NCBI GenBank assembly: GCA_052390235.1
Contig: JBQTHB010000003.1
Span: 273,403 to 337,402, forward strand
DNA length: 64,000 bases
Origin: Deltaproteobacteria bacterium
GTDB taxonomy: Bacteria > Desulfobacterota_D > UBA1144 > Nemesobacterales > CSP1-2
Direction: 5' to 3'
This document shows, piece by piece, positions 38,168 through 47,469 of this stretch. A program made the translations under genes and the position numbers. The number at the start of each line of letters is the position of its first letter. Positions within the stretch are counted from its first letter, which is position 1. The notes beneath the pieces were generated by a model. That model saw only the letters and a list, made by a program, of their open reading frames with translations, was not told the origin of the DNA and ran no database searches.

Positions 38168-40006
38168 TTAAGCCCCTTTCGCCGCGGCATCCGAGCCGTT
38201 TTCGGAGTTGGAGTTTCTCTTGAGTCTCCTGTTCCAGGGCGGATATTTGAGCAGTCCCGCAAGGGCGGATCTGAGCTGCGCTCGCTCTAGGATGAGGTGA
38301 ATCCCCCCGTGCTTGGCGTAGAATTCCGAGTTCATTACGTTGGGCGACACCCCTCTTCCGCCGCTCGTCAGCTTCACGACCCTGTCGCCAGCAAAGGCGA
38401 TGGTGGCTTTTTTCTCTGCAATAATGAAATCCCCTTGGACGGCGTAGCTCGCAAGCGCGCCTCCGGTTGTGGGGTGTCCGAGAATGGAGATATAGGGAAG
38501 CCCTGACTCCTTGAGCCTCAGCAGGGCTGATATGGTTTTGGCCATTTGATAAAGCGCGATGGTGCCTTCCTGCATCCTCGCCCCTCCAGTTGCCGACACG
38601 GAAACGAGGGGAAGCCTCTTTTTTATGGCGTACTCCACGATAAGTTTCATTTTCTCGCCGAAAACTGCCCCCATAGAGCCGCCCATAAACCGGAAATCGC
38701 AGACGGCTATTGCAAGCGGTACGTCGGCTATAGTTCCATAGCCGGTAACCAGAGAGTCTTTCGAGTCGGTTTGATTGGCAAATTTGAGTCGGCTCTCGGA
38801 GTAGTCGAAGAAATCAAATCGGGATTCGATGTTCTCGGCGCTTAGGTCGGGGTTTAGCTCGTGGAAAGAGCCGCCGTCGAGCAGGAGATTGAGATAATAA
38901 TCCGACCCTAGGGATATTGGGCGCTGGCAGAACGGGCAGGAGTAGAAATTCTCCTGAAACTCCTTTTGAGTCGTGCGCTCACGGCATCCGTGGCGAATCA
39001 CCTTGCCGTCGGAATCCTTTTCGTCGTTGCAGACATAAGGCTCTGCGCCGTAGAGGGCGATTTGCATCTGCTTTACCTCTGGGGTTACAGTTCGCCGGAG
39101 CGAGGGAAACCACAGCTTCAGTTTCTTGGCAAATGCCTTATAGCGGCGCGGCTTGTTTTCGAGCTGTCCGCATTCCTCTATGCGCTCTCTGAGCTTTTTC
39201 TGGAGGTAGCCGATGTCGGTCTGCTCAAGCTCCTCCATAGCCTGAGCAATTCCCTTTTGCACGTTTTCGAGAATCTTTGGGAGGTAATCGTAGTCGTCTA
39301 GGGACGGCTCTTTAATGATTCTGTCCACGATTTTGTATTTAAGCATATAATCCGCCGTCGGCTGAAGCACCTTCAGGGCTTCTTCAACGCTCGATGCGTT
39401 TCTGAAGAGGATGGCGGAGCAACCCTCTGCCGTTATTACCGAATATTCAGCCATCGAGAGCATAAGTCGTTTATGAGCCAGTTGAAGGGCGATGGCACCG
39501 CCGCTTCCGCCCAGCCCAAGCACGGTGGATATGCTCTTTGCGCCGAGGGAGATCATCTTCGCCTGACAGTACGAAATGAGCCACGACTGGAGCTTTTCAG
39601 CCGAGTACTCAAAGGGGTCTCCGCCGATGGTGTCAATGAACGTGTGCAGCATGAGAGCGTTTCGCTCAGCGTACTGCATCATGTTCAGTGAAAGCCCGTA
39701 GCCGTCGGCTTTGACGAGACCGTAGTTGAGCTTTGCCCGCTCGGCGTCGCTTGAGGGAGTCCTCTGGGCGATGATTGCGACTTTTTTCTTCTTGCTCTTA
39801 AACGTAGCCGTGCCGATAATAACCGCCGGGTCGTCGGCAAATTCTATTATTTTGCCAGAAGGAGTCGCGAGTTTATTCGAGAAATCTCTGATTTCCGTCC
39901 AAGGAACGAAATCCGAATACTCGGATTCAATCACATGGGTCGCTTTTACCCGCGCATAGGATTTTGCCTGTTCGTGAACCGCCAGCATAGAAGAGATACT
40001 TCCCAT
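38168..40006 (-). CDS. Acetyl-CoA carboxylase carboxyltransferase, fused alpha (AccA-like, N-terminal) and beta (AccD-like, C-terminal) subunits
   Basis: The N-terminal half matches AccA ('HTFIDTIGGDP', 'LGLGGSGGAIAL', 'SVITAEGCSAIL'). The C-terminal half matches AccD (zinc ribbon 'CPFCQ', 'FRFMGGSMGAVFGEK', 'SATGGARMQEG'). It is 612 aa. Confidence 0.8.
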   Translation of the reverse strand: MGSISSMLAVHEQAKSYARVKATHVIESEYSDFVPWTEIRDFSNKLATPSGKIIEFADDPAVIIGTATFKSKKKKVAIIAQRTPSSDAERAKLNYGLVKADGYGLSLNMMQYAERNALMLHTFIDTIGGDPFEYSAEKLQSWLISYCQAKMISLGAKSISTVLGLGGSGGAIALQLAHKRLMLSMAEYSVITAEGCSAILFRNASSVEEALKVLQPTADYMLKYKIVDRIIKEPSLDDYDYLPKILENVQKGIAQAMEELEQTDIGYLQKKLRERIEECGQLENKPRRYKAFAKKLKLWFPSLRRTVTPEVKQMQIALYGAEPYVCNDEKDSDGKVIRHGCRERTTQKEFQENFYSCPFCQRPISLGSDYYLNLLLDGGSFHELNPDLSAENIESRFDFFDYSESRLKFANQTDSKDSLVTGYGTIADVPLAIAVCDFRFMGGSMGAVFGEKMKLIVEYAIKKRLPLVSVSATGGARMQEGTIALYQMAKTISALLRLKESGLPYISILGHPTTGGALASYAVQGDFIIAEKKATIAFAGDRVVKLTSGGRGVSPNVMNSEFYAKHGGIHLILERAQLRSALAGLLKYPPWNRRLKRNSNSENGSDAAAKGA

Positions 40007-40244
40007 TTCCGAGTCGAAACCTCATTGTTTTCAATTTTGACAGCAAGGGCTTAATGATAACCGCCCTTCGATAAAAAATAAACGCCGGGTGGACGGGACG
40101 ACCTTTTGCCGGGACAGGGAGCGTTTGCGAAGCCCCGATGTAACTCCTCGCTTTTTGCGCCCGATTTTATGCTATCATATCGAAAATAAATCGCCCCGCT
40201 TTACCGGCGAAATCAGAGGAATAATAATTCAAGGAGGAGATAAA

Positions 40245-40973
40245 ATGTCAAATAAAATAGCCTTAGCGCTTGCCGCTCTGCTTTTGTGCGCAGGCATCGT
40301 CGCCCCTAGAGCGCACGCCGAGTGCGACAAATGCGAGAGAAGCACCGTTGAAGTTACCGGGCGCGGAGAGGTCAAAGCCAAGCCCGATGTGGCATATCTG
40401 TCCCTCGCCGTGGAGACGACGGCAAAAAAAGCGTCCGACGCCGCGAGAACCAACGCCGAGAAAATGAAAAAAGTCATAGATAACCTCAAAGCCCTCATTG
40501 GGAGCGAGGATAAAATCTCAACCTCCGGCTATCAGCTGTACCCCATCTACGAGTACAACGATAAGACCAAGAAAACAGACCTCACCGGCTACAGGGCTAC
40601 CAATCAGGCGGTCGTCGAGAGCAGGGATTTAAACAACCTCGGCAAGCTGATTGACGCCGCGACCCAAGTCGGCGCGAACAGAGTGGACGGACTGAGCTTC
40701 GGCACGAATAAAGGTAACGAATTCAAGAACGAGGCTTTGGTCAAAGCAACCGAAAACGCCCGCGAGACCGCAACAGTCGTGGCAAAAGCCGCTGGGGTGA
40801 AGCTGGTTAAAATCATAAGGATTTTCCCGTCATACGACGTGCCTGTCCCCCTTTACAAGCGCGCCGCCGTCGAACAGGTAGCTTACGACTCCGCATCTGC
40901 CGCGCCGACGCCCATTGAACCGGGAGAGATTAACGTCTCGGCTACGGTCAATATCACATTCGAGATAGAGTGA
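40245..40973 (+). CDS. Secreted SIMPL/DUF541 family protein
   Basis: There is an AAGGAGGAGA Shine-Dalgarno before the ATG (MSNKIALALAALLL), followed by a signal peptide. The two-lobed pattern is 'VEVTGRGEV...PDVAYLSLAVE' plus 'GYRATNQAVVE'. Confidence 0.6.
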   Translation: MSNKIALALAALLLCAGIVAPRAHAECDKCERSTVEVTGRGEVKAKPDVAYLSLAVETTAKKASDAARTNAEKMKKVIDNLKALIGSEDKISTSGYQLYPIYEYNDKTKKTDLTGYRATNQAVVESRDLNNLGKLIDAATQVGANRVDGLSFGTNKGNEFKNEALVKATENARETATVVAKAAGVKLVKIIRIFPSYDVPVPLYKRAAVEQVAYDSASAAPTPIEPGEINVSATVNITFEIE

Positions 40974-41143
40974 GCGGGCAAGCGATTGCGACGGTTTATT
41001 TGGCAATACGCCGACTTCAAGAATTTTAAGCGCAAGATAAAAGTCTCCATCGGAGAACGAGAATCTATACCTTCGACAAGCTCAGGATGAACGGATTAGC
41101 GACACACTCGGAGCTATGAGAGCAATCATAAAATGATGAAACC

Positions 41144-43042
41144 ATGACATTGAAGCGCGGGGAGACTCCGACGGGATTAGGACAAAAAATCTCGGACTTT
41201 TTTGAGAATTCTCAGGATTCTTGGGCGGTGATTGCTCAAGCATGGCTCGCCGCTCTAGCCGCCGCGCTTACGTGCCTCGCGCTGGCTAATCTGATTTTCC
41301 CTGACCTTTTTCCGAGATATGAGAAAGCAATTGTCATCTTCGAGTGGGTTGCTTTCTCCTCATTTGCCGTGGAGTACGCAGTGAGGTTTCTCGCGTCTTG
41401 GAAGCAGGCGGGCTACATACGGCGCTTCTCCTCGGTTGCCGATGCGCTGTCGTTTTTCCCATCGCTTGTTTTATTAACAATGGGATATTCAGCCGCCGCG
41501 CTGACACTGGGGTTCGTCCGCCTATTTTGGCTTGTTAGAACCCTCAAGCTGTTCGAGAATTTGAGAACCCGGATTAGAACCAAAATATTTATCGCCTTCG
41601 CCGGCTCGACCCTTATCATCCTGGCGCCGACACTCATATTTATATATTCCTATTTCACGAAAATCAAAGAAAATGACATCCGCCATACAATGATAGGAAT
41701 AGTTGTTTCGCTTTCAAAGGTTTTCACGGCGGAGGATTTTCTGGAAATTCAATCTGAGACCGACGCCGCCTATCTAAAACTCCAAGAAACACTTCAGCTC
41801 GTCAGAGATGAACTCCGGCAATCCGGCATCCCCGTACGCTATGTCTATACCATGCGCAAGGACGCCTCAAACCCTGCCAAGCTCATCTATATCGTGGACG
41901 CTGAGCAAGACCCTAGAAAACACTCCCCGCTAGGCTCCATCTGGGACAGTGTGGCGAACGACTCCCCTTGGTCAACCAATTTTTCCAAAGCCCAGGTCGC
42001 CCCGACCTTTGATTTTGATGACGACGGCAAGACGCTTATCCTCTCGGCTTGGGGGCCGCTTCCCTATAACCGCGAGGCATGGGAGGAAAGCCCTGTGATA
42101 ATTGTGGTAGATCTGCTTGCCCAAGACGTTCAGGAGCAAAAACGCACGATAGGAGCGCTAGTGCTGGTTCTTCTCGGTTCGGCTACTCTGATCGTATCGG
42201 TTATTTCGGTTCTAATCTCAATCTATTTCAACCGCCCGATAGTAGAGTTGACAAAAGGGATAGAGGCATTCGAGAAATGCGATTTCGGATACAGGGTAAA
42301 GGTGCTGAGCGGAGACGAGCTAGGCAGGCTCGGAGAGATGTTCAATAGCCGCCTGTTTCTCATGATGCGCGATTTCTTTCAATTCATGTACGCCCCCGTG
42401 GCGCAAATGCTGATGGGTGCGCAGAGGCAGTCGCTCCTTGAAGGGAAATACGAGCATGTGTCGGTTTTATATACGGATTTCAAGGGTTTTACCTCAAAAT
42501 CCTCGCTCTATTCGCCCCGTCAGGTGGTCGAGTTCCTAAACACTGCGTTCGCTATTCTCGAAGGAGCGGTTTCGGATTATGAAGGGGTAATTGATAAGCA
42601 CATTGGCGACGCTCTGATGGTTTATTTCATCCCACTGGAGGGCGAGAGCAACACGGCTCGGCGCGCCGTGGAGTGCGCAATGACGATGCAGGAGCGCTAT
42701 GAGGGGCTATATAAAGGCCGAATCTCCTCAGGGGAGCTTGTCTGCGAGCTGAGAGTAGGCGTAAATTCCGGGGACGCCATCTTGGGAGCGCTCGGCTCGC
42801 TTAAGCTGGAGGTAACAGTTATTGGGAATACAGTCAATATGGCAAATCGAATGGAGTCAGCCGCTCCCATTGGCGGTGTTGGGCTTTCGGTTGCAACGTT
42901 CACTCAATCTCTCCTCTCGCATTGGATAGGCGAGAGGGCGGGCTGGAGTGTCAAGGAAACGAAGCAGGAAGTCAAACACATCAGCTCGATTCAGGTCTAT
43001 TGGCTCACAAACGAGCATAGCGCCCAAAAACAGTTGAGCTAG
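41144..43042 (+). CDS. Class III adenylyl/guanylyl cyclase fused to an N-terminal voltage-sensor-like membrane domain
   Basis: The N-terminal TM bundle has an S4-like helix 'FVRLFWLVRTLKLFENLRTR' with basic residues every third position. There are further TMs. The C-terminal cyclase domain shows 'VSVLYTDFKGFT', 'HIGDALMVYF' and 'GNTVNMANRMES'. Confidence 0.75.
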   Translation: MTLKRGETPTGLGQKISDFFENSQDSWAVIAQAWLAALAAALTCLALANLIFPDLFPRYEKAIVIFEWVAFSSFAVEYAVRFLASWKQAGYIRRFSSVADALSFFPSLVLLTMGYSAAALTLGFVRLFWLVRTLKLFENLRTRIRTKIFIAFAGSTLIILAPTLIFIYSYFTKIKENDIRHTMIGIVVSLSKVFTAEDFLEIQSETDAAYLKLQETLQLVRDELRQSGIPVRYVYTMRKDASNPAKLIYIVDAEQDPRKHSPLGSIWDSVANDSPWSTNFSKAQVAPTFDFDDDGKTLILSAWGPLPYNREAWEESPVIIVVDLLAQDVQEQKRTIGALVLVLLGSATLIVSVISVLISIYFNRPIVELTKGIEAFEKCDFGYRVKVLSGDELGRLGEMFNSRLFLMMRDFFQFMYAPVAQMLMGAQRQSLLEGKYEHVSVLYTDFKGFTSKSSLYSPRQVVEFLNTAFAILEGAVSDYEGVIDKHIGDALMVYFIPLEGESNTARRAVECAMTMQERYEGLYKGRISSGELVCELRVGVNSGDAILGALGSLKLEVTVIGNTVNMANRMESAAPIGGVGLSVATFTQSLLSHWIGERAGWSVKETKQEVKHISSIQVYWLTNEHSAQKQLS

Positions 43043-43139
43043 CCGGGACTCCGCGCTGACCCCATGCGAGATGAAGGATTTCGTCATTTCCACAGTCTCT
43101 CGGTTAGATTCCTCTCTTTGTTCGCAATGACCGTGAACC

Positions 43140-43310
43140 ATTTGGAATGAAGGCTTTGCCCACTATGAAGAGAAATGGATTCCCGCTCGGAAGATTAGCG
43201 GGAATGACACTCGCCCACATCGTTTCTCTCATCCGCCTCCTGTCTTATTTCGACACTCATGCTGTCATCTTGGCACCCGCGATGTCATTTCGAGTGTAGC
43301 GAGAAATCCC
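43140..43310. repeat. MITE-like repeat locus E (R2 and R4 modules)
   Basis: 'ggattcccgctcggaagattagcgggaatgacac' and 'gtcatttcgagtgtagcgagaaatcccgc' are present. Confidence 0.75.
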
Positions 43311-43359
43311 GCTTTTTTAATCTCAGCTCGCTTGCAACGGCTCTGAAGGTATTTTTCGA

Positions 43360-43695
43360 CTAGCCCTTAGGGGGCTGGCACTCGTTGCAGGGACAGAGCC
43401 GCCTTAGCAACTCGAACGAATATATCCCGGTTGAGTGTCCGTCGCTCCATACGAACTTAAGGGCGTAGCGTCCTACGCGCTCCATGTCGAGAGGCTTTAT
43501 CCCATCGGATGAGGTTTGAATCGGAATCATGCGCCTGAGTCCGAGCTTCGGCAGAGGTTTCTCCCTGGCGTCGGCGCAAACGGCGCAGGGGCAGGCGCGC
43601 CTTAAATCCTCATAAATGTACAGGCTCTCGTGCCCGTCCTCCCAGAGAATCATTAAAGCCAAATCGCTGAATTCGCTAATCTCCAGTGGTTTCAT
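43360..43695 (-). CDS. DUF971-like protein with two internal repeats
   Basis: The two repeats are 'WEDGHESLYIYEDLRRACPCAVC' and 'WSDGHSTGIYSFELLRRLCPCNEC'. Confidence 0.55.
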   Translation of the reverse strand: MKPLEISEFSDLALMILWEDGHESLYIYEDLRRACPCAVCADAREKPLPKLGLRRMIPIQTSSDGIKPLDMERVGRYALKFVWSDGHSTGIYSFELLRRLCPCNECQPPKG

Positions 43696-43853
43696 AAGCG
43701 CCGCCTAATTGAGCCTATATCCACGCCGCCGAAGAGCTTTGAGCCGCTCCCCGGCGCATGGGACGAGACGAGATTGAACACAAATCTCTACATTATCGGA
43801 TGACGAAATATCCATGCGGCGGAATTGTGGTATAAACTCTGGATTCCGCAGGG

Positions 43854-44399
43854 CTACATCACGAACACTAGAGCCGCAACCACGGTTGACCACAGCCCAG
43901 TCTTATCGCCCACGGCTGACTGGGTAACGTTTCTCGTTTCGACGGCGTGTCCGCTGATTTCCCAGATATTTTTCTGCTCGTCGTAGCTTTTATCGGGGTC
44001 AAAGGGCGCGCCGATGATTGTGGCGAGCATATAGGCGGCGAGGTCTTCGGCATAATCTCCGGCGACGCTGTCGGTCTGCCCGTAGCTGTGATGTTCGGAG
44101 AGATAGCCGTGTTGTTCGGTCTTTTTCGGGATTGCGATGCCGACGGAAGCGGCGATGAGCCGGTGCGGCTCCTGGGTTGCGTTCTCGCTCATCACGACAA
44201 AGACTATCTGCCCCGGACTGAGGCGTTTAAGCCCTGTGGCGGGGGATATTAACTTGCATCCGGGGGGGAAAATGCTGGATACCCTAACCAAATTGTACTC
44301 GGCTATCTTCGCGTCCCGAAGAGCCATTTCAAAACTCGTGAGCTTCTCTTTGTGCTTCCCAACTCCTTTTGTTAGAAACGCCTGTTTAGGTACGAACAA
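43854..44399 (-). CDS. pdaD: Pyruvoyl-dependent arginine decarboxylase
   Basis: 'NLVRVSSIFPPGCKLIS' aligns to the PdaD self-cleavage region 'NLIRISSIMPPEAEIVP'. 'IAASVGIAIPKK' matches 'ISAAISVAIPKD'. It is 181 aa. Confidence 0.75.
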   Translation of the reverse strand: MFVPKQAFLTKGVGKHKEKLTSFEMALRDAKIAEYNLVRVSSIFPPGCKLISPATGLKRLSPGQIVFVVMSENATQEPHRLIAASVGIAIPKKTEQHGYLSEHHSYGQTDSVAGDYAEDLAAYMLATIIGAPFDPDKSYDEQKNIWEISGHAVETRNVTQSAVGDKTGLWSTVVAALVFVM

Positions 44400-44586
44400 T
44401 TTTCCCTCCTGCGTAGAATTTTCAAATTTTTATACGAAATATCGGGCTTTGTCAACATTAGGGGGAGGGAGATAGAGCGCCGAGGCGAGAGAATGCGAGG
44501 CGCGCCCGGCGGGGCTTGATGCCGAGGGTTTAGGCAATTAAAATTACCGCGCCCAATAAATTTCCCCATTTCAAGGAGGCAGCGCA

Positions 44587-45456
44587 ATGACTCAAGCCCA
44601 GAACCTGCACAAAATTCTCTCTCTGCCCGGAATTTTGACTCTCCCCGGGGTCTATGATTGCATCGGGGCGAAGCTCGCCGAACGGGCAGGTTTTCCGGCG
44701 GCGTTCACAAGCGGATTCGGCATATCAGCCTCAACCCTTGGGTATCCCGATTACGGACTCATGACGGCAACCGAGATGCTCTGGAGCGTCGAGAGAATCG
44801 CGCGCTCGGTAAATATCCCAATCGTAGCCGATATTGACACGGGGTACGGCAACGCCCTCAACGTCATCAGAACTGTCGAAGACGTAATCAAAGCGGGAGT
44901 CGCGGGGATTATCCTCGAAGACCAGGAATGGCCCAAAAAATGCGGACATTTCGAGGGGAAAAGGGTCATTCCAGCGCAGGAGCATACGGAGAAAATCAGA
45001 GCCGCAAGGCACGCCGGAGGGGACTCTGGGCTTGTGATTATCGCAAGAACGGACGCGCTCGCCGTTTTGGGACTCGCCGAAGCTATCGAACGCGGGAGGG
45101 CGTACTTTGAAGCGGGGGCGGATGTGATTTTCGTTGAAGCCCCGCGCTCCGTGGATGAGCTGCAAATAATTGCCTCAGAGCTTCGGGGAGCGCCCCTTTT
45201 TGCCAACATGGTCGAGGGGGGCAAGACTCCAGTTCTCACGGCGGCGGAGCTTGAGGGGCTTGGGTATAAAATCGCGGTGTTTCCACTCTCAGGTCTGTTT
45301 TCGGCGACATTGGCGATGGAGGAGTGCCTGGGGCATCTGCGGGAGCGCGGCACAACGGCCGGATTTGGGAGGATGCGCTCGTTCGGCGAGTTCGAGGAGA
45401 TAATACAAACGCCGAGGCACAGGGAGCTTGAGAAGAAATTCTCGCCTACCGGATAG
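44587..45456 (+). CDS. Isocitrate lyase/PEP mutase superfamily enzyme (2-methylisocitrate lyase or oxaloacetate decarboxylase-like)
   Basis: It is a TIM-barrel ICL/PEPM family protein with 'ILTLPGVYDCIGAKLAE', 'VADIDTGYGN' and 'KCGHFEGK'. It is 289 aa. Confidence 0.75.
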   Translation: MTQAQNLHKILSLPGILTLPGVYDCIGAKLAERAGFPAAFTSGFGISASTLGYPDYGLMTATEMLWSVERIARSVNIPIVADIDTGYGNALNVIRTVEDVIKAGVAGIILEDQEWPKKCGHFEGKRVIPAQEHTEKIRAARHAGGDSGLVIIARTDALAVLGLAEAIERGRAYFEAGADVIFVEAPRSVDELQIIASELRGAPLFANMVEGGKTPVLTAAELEGLGYKIAVFPLSGLFSATLAMEECLGHLRERGTTAGFGRMRSFGEFEEIIQTPRHRELEKKFSPTG

Positions 45457-45596
45457 CCGCCAATTAAGCAAACGATTTTTGTGAGGGGCTGGGGCATTAC
45501 AGCCGCACTAAACGGAGAATGCGTAATTCCCCGAGCCTGAGGCAGGGAATTTATCTGATGGATAAGTGTGGCGTTAGGATGAGTCCTAGCCGCTAA

Positions 45597-45950
45597 TCAC
45601 TGCTTTTCAATGTCAATCACGGTCAGATTTACGTCCGTTTCTCGGATTTTAAACTTTACCTTGTCCCCTTCTTTCAAATTTGTGAGTTGCTCGGGTTTTT
45701 CCACGTCGTAGCTCATGACCATCGCCTCCATGAACCCCGCGATCTCGTCCTCGTCAATGACGATTCTACTGCCTTTGACGGATTTTACGACTCCCGTAGC
45801 GTCGTGGAATTTCTCAGAAGCGCCGCCGTGAACGACAGGGTTCGGGTGCGCGCCCGCGTGTTTCATCTCGTGGATTTGTTTATATGTCGAGTAGGATAGC
45901 CCAAGCGAGGCAATCGCTATCACGAGCGCGAGAGCCGATATTATCTTCAT
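45597..45950 (-). CDS. Periplasmic CusF-like copper/silver-binding protein
   Basis: It has a signal peptide. 'GVVKSV...IVIDEDEIAGFMEAMVMSYDV...LKEGDKVKF' follows the CusF OB-fold Met/His pattern. Confidence 0.6.
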   Translation of the reverse strand: MKIISALALVIAIASLGLSYSTYKQIHEMKHAGAHPNPVVHGGASEKFHDATGVVKSVKGSRIVIDEDEIAGFMEAMVMSYDVEKPEQLTNLKEGDKVKFKIRETDVNLTVIDIEKQ

Positions 45951-45971
45951 ATTGGTTAATCCCTCCGTTAG

Positions 45972-46808
45972 CTAGATTATAGCCGAATCTCTGAGCTTTT
46001 TAAGTGTCTCCACGTCCGCCGCCGCCCCTTCGATGGGGGTTTCGGCTATGAGGTCAATATGCCGAATCCTAGGGTTATTGACGAGGGCGGCAAACCCGCC
46101 GATGCCGATTTTTCCATATCCTATGTGTTCATGGCGGTCTTTCCTCTCGCCGAGAGAGGCTTTGGAATCGTTGCCGTGTATGAGTTTTAGCCTATCAATT
46201 CCGATAATCGCGCAGAATTCGTCGAGAAGGGCGTCGAGCCCGCCGGGAGTGCGAATATCGTATCCGAAGCCGAATAGATGCGCCGTATCGAGGCAGACGC
46301 CTACGTCGGGATTTCCGGCGAGCGCGAGGATTTCAGCCAATTCCTCGAGCGAACTGCCTAAGATTGCGCCCTGCCCTGCTGAGTTTTCGAGCAGAAGCCG
46401 CGTTGTATAATCAGAGTCAAGCGCCCTTTTAAGAGCCTGTGCCGCCCGCGTTACTGCCTCAGGTTTAGTAGCCCCCTTAGCGCTCCCGATGTGGGTTACG
46501 ACGTATTTTGCTTGGATGAGGCTTGCCCGCCTAAGCTCTTCGACGAGCATGGAGACGGAGTTTCGGCTGACGCGCTCGTCCGCTGAGGCGAGGTTTATGA
46601 GATATGAGGCGTGGACGTAGTAATCCCGGAAATTGTATCTCTCACACTCGGATAGAAACAAATCAACTACTTGGGGACTCAGGTTGGAAGGATTGCCGCC
46701 CTGAGGGGAGCGGGTAAATATTTGAAAGCACTCGCACTGAATTCTGCGGGCTTCGCGCGGGGCGTTATTAATTCCGCCCGCAATTGAGACGTGGACGCCG
46801 AATTTCAT
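45972..46808 (-). CDS. nfo: Endonuclease IV (apurinic/apyrimidinic endonuclease)
   Basis: The N-terminus is 'MKFGVHVSIAGG'. It has a xylose-isomerase-like TIM barrel with 'CLDTAHLFGFGYD' and 'HGNDSK'. It is 278 aa. Confidence 0.85.
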   Translation of the reverse strand: MKFGVHVSIAGGINNAPREARRIQCECFQIFTRSPQGGNPSNLSPQVVDLFLSECERYNFRDYYVHASYLINLASADERVSRNSVSMLVEELRRASLIQAKYVVTHIGSAKGATKPEAVTRAAQALKRALDSDYTTRLLLENSAGQGAILGSSLEELAEILALAGNPDVGVCLDTAHLFGFGYDIRTPGGLDALLDEFCAIIGIDRLKLIHGNDSKASLGERKDRHEHIGYGKIGIGGFAALVNNPRIRHIDLIAETPIEGAAADVETLKKLRDSAII

Positions 46809-46984
46809 GGGCTATAGAATAGCCGACTCCAGATGTGATGCGGGATTCGGGACACCCAATACAGGATTAATATATCCCGCGCCCGTCTAGGAGCGAGCCT
46901 CTACAACGCACTCCCGGATGGGATGCTTTGAGCCAGAACCTCTCTTTTTCTCTAGGCATAGCCTCTCTTTGCGCCTCCCCGCGT

Positions 46985-47182
46985 TTAGATTTTTCCTTCA
47001 AGCCATTTTTCCATCCACGCCTTGGTGCTTTCCGCCAGCTCTCTGGTAGAGGTGTAGGAGACGTACTTATCGTCCATATAAATTCCCCAGTAAGTAATGG
47101 GCTTAGTAGCCTTTGCGAAACTGATTTCGCTTCCGTCGCCGACTGCAGGAACTTCAAAAGGAGCTACTGTTATCATGGTCAT
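46985..47182 (-). CDS. Small hypothetical protein (65 aa)
   Basis: There is a GGAGG Shine-Dalgarno 9 nt upstream of the ATG. It lies between modC and nfo. Confidence 0.4.
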   Translation of the reverse strand: MTMITVAPFEVPAVGDGSEISFAKATKPITYWGIYMDDKYVSYTSTRELAESTKAWMEKWLEGKI

Positions 47183-47469
47183 CGAAATTACCTCCGGTTG
47201 GTTTTATAAGTATTAGTAGCAATTTGTGTGCCACTTATCAATTTAGATACGATAAACCGGTTTTCAAGCGTCTATCTGCATTAATAAAAACTAATAGCGG
47301 GGATGAAATGTTGCAATTTCAAACCGCCGGAGATTGAATTCGGTTAACAATTAGCCGGATGATGACTTTTTTTGGCAAACTGCCCGATAGCGGACAATTT
47401 TCGTCGCCAAATTGGGGAGTAGTCATAGTCCGCATTAAGAGGGTATTAGCAAATAAAAACACGCCGCAT

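Noticed and set aside
43263-43280. 'TGGCACccgcgATGTC' as a sigma-54 -24/-12 promoter
   Set aside because: The -12 element does not match TTGCW, the site sits inside repeat module R4, and no plausible downstream gene lies in the correct orientation. Other TGGCAC hits (6440, 7937, 12295, 15187) also lack a -12 box.
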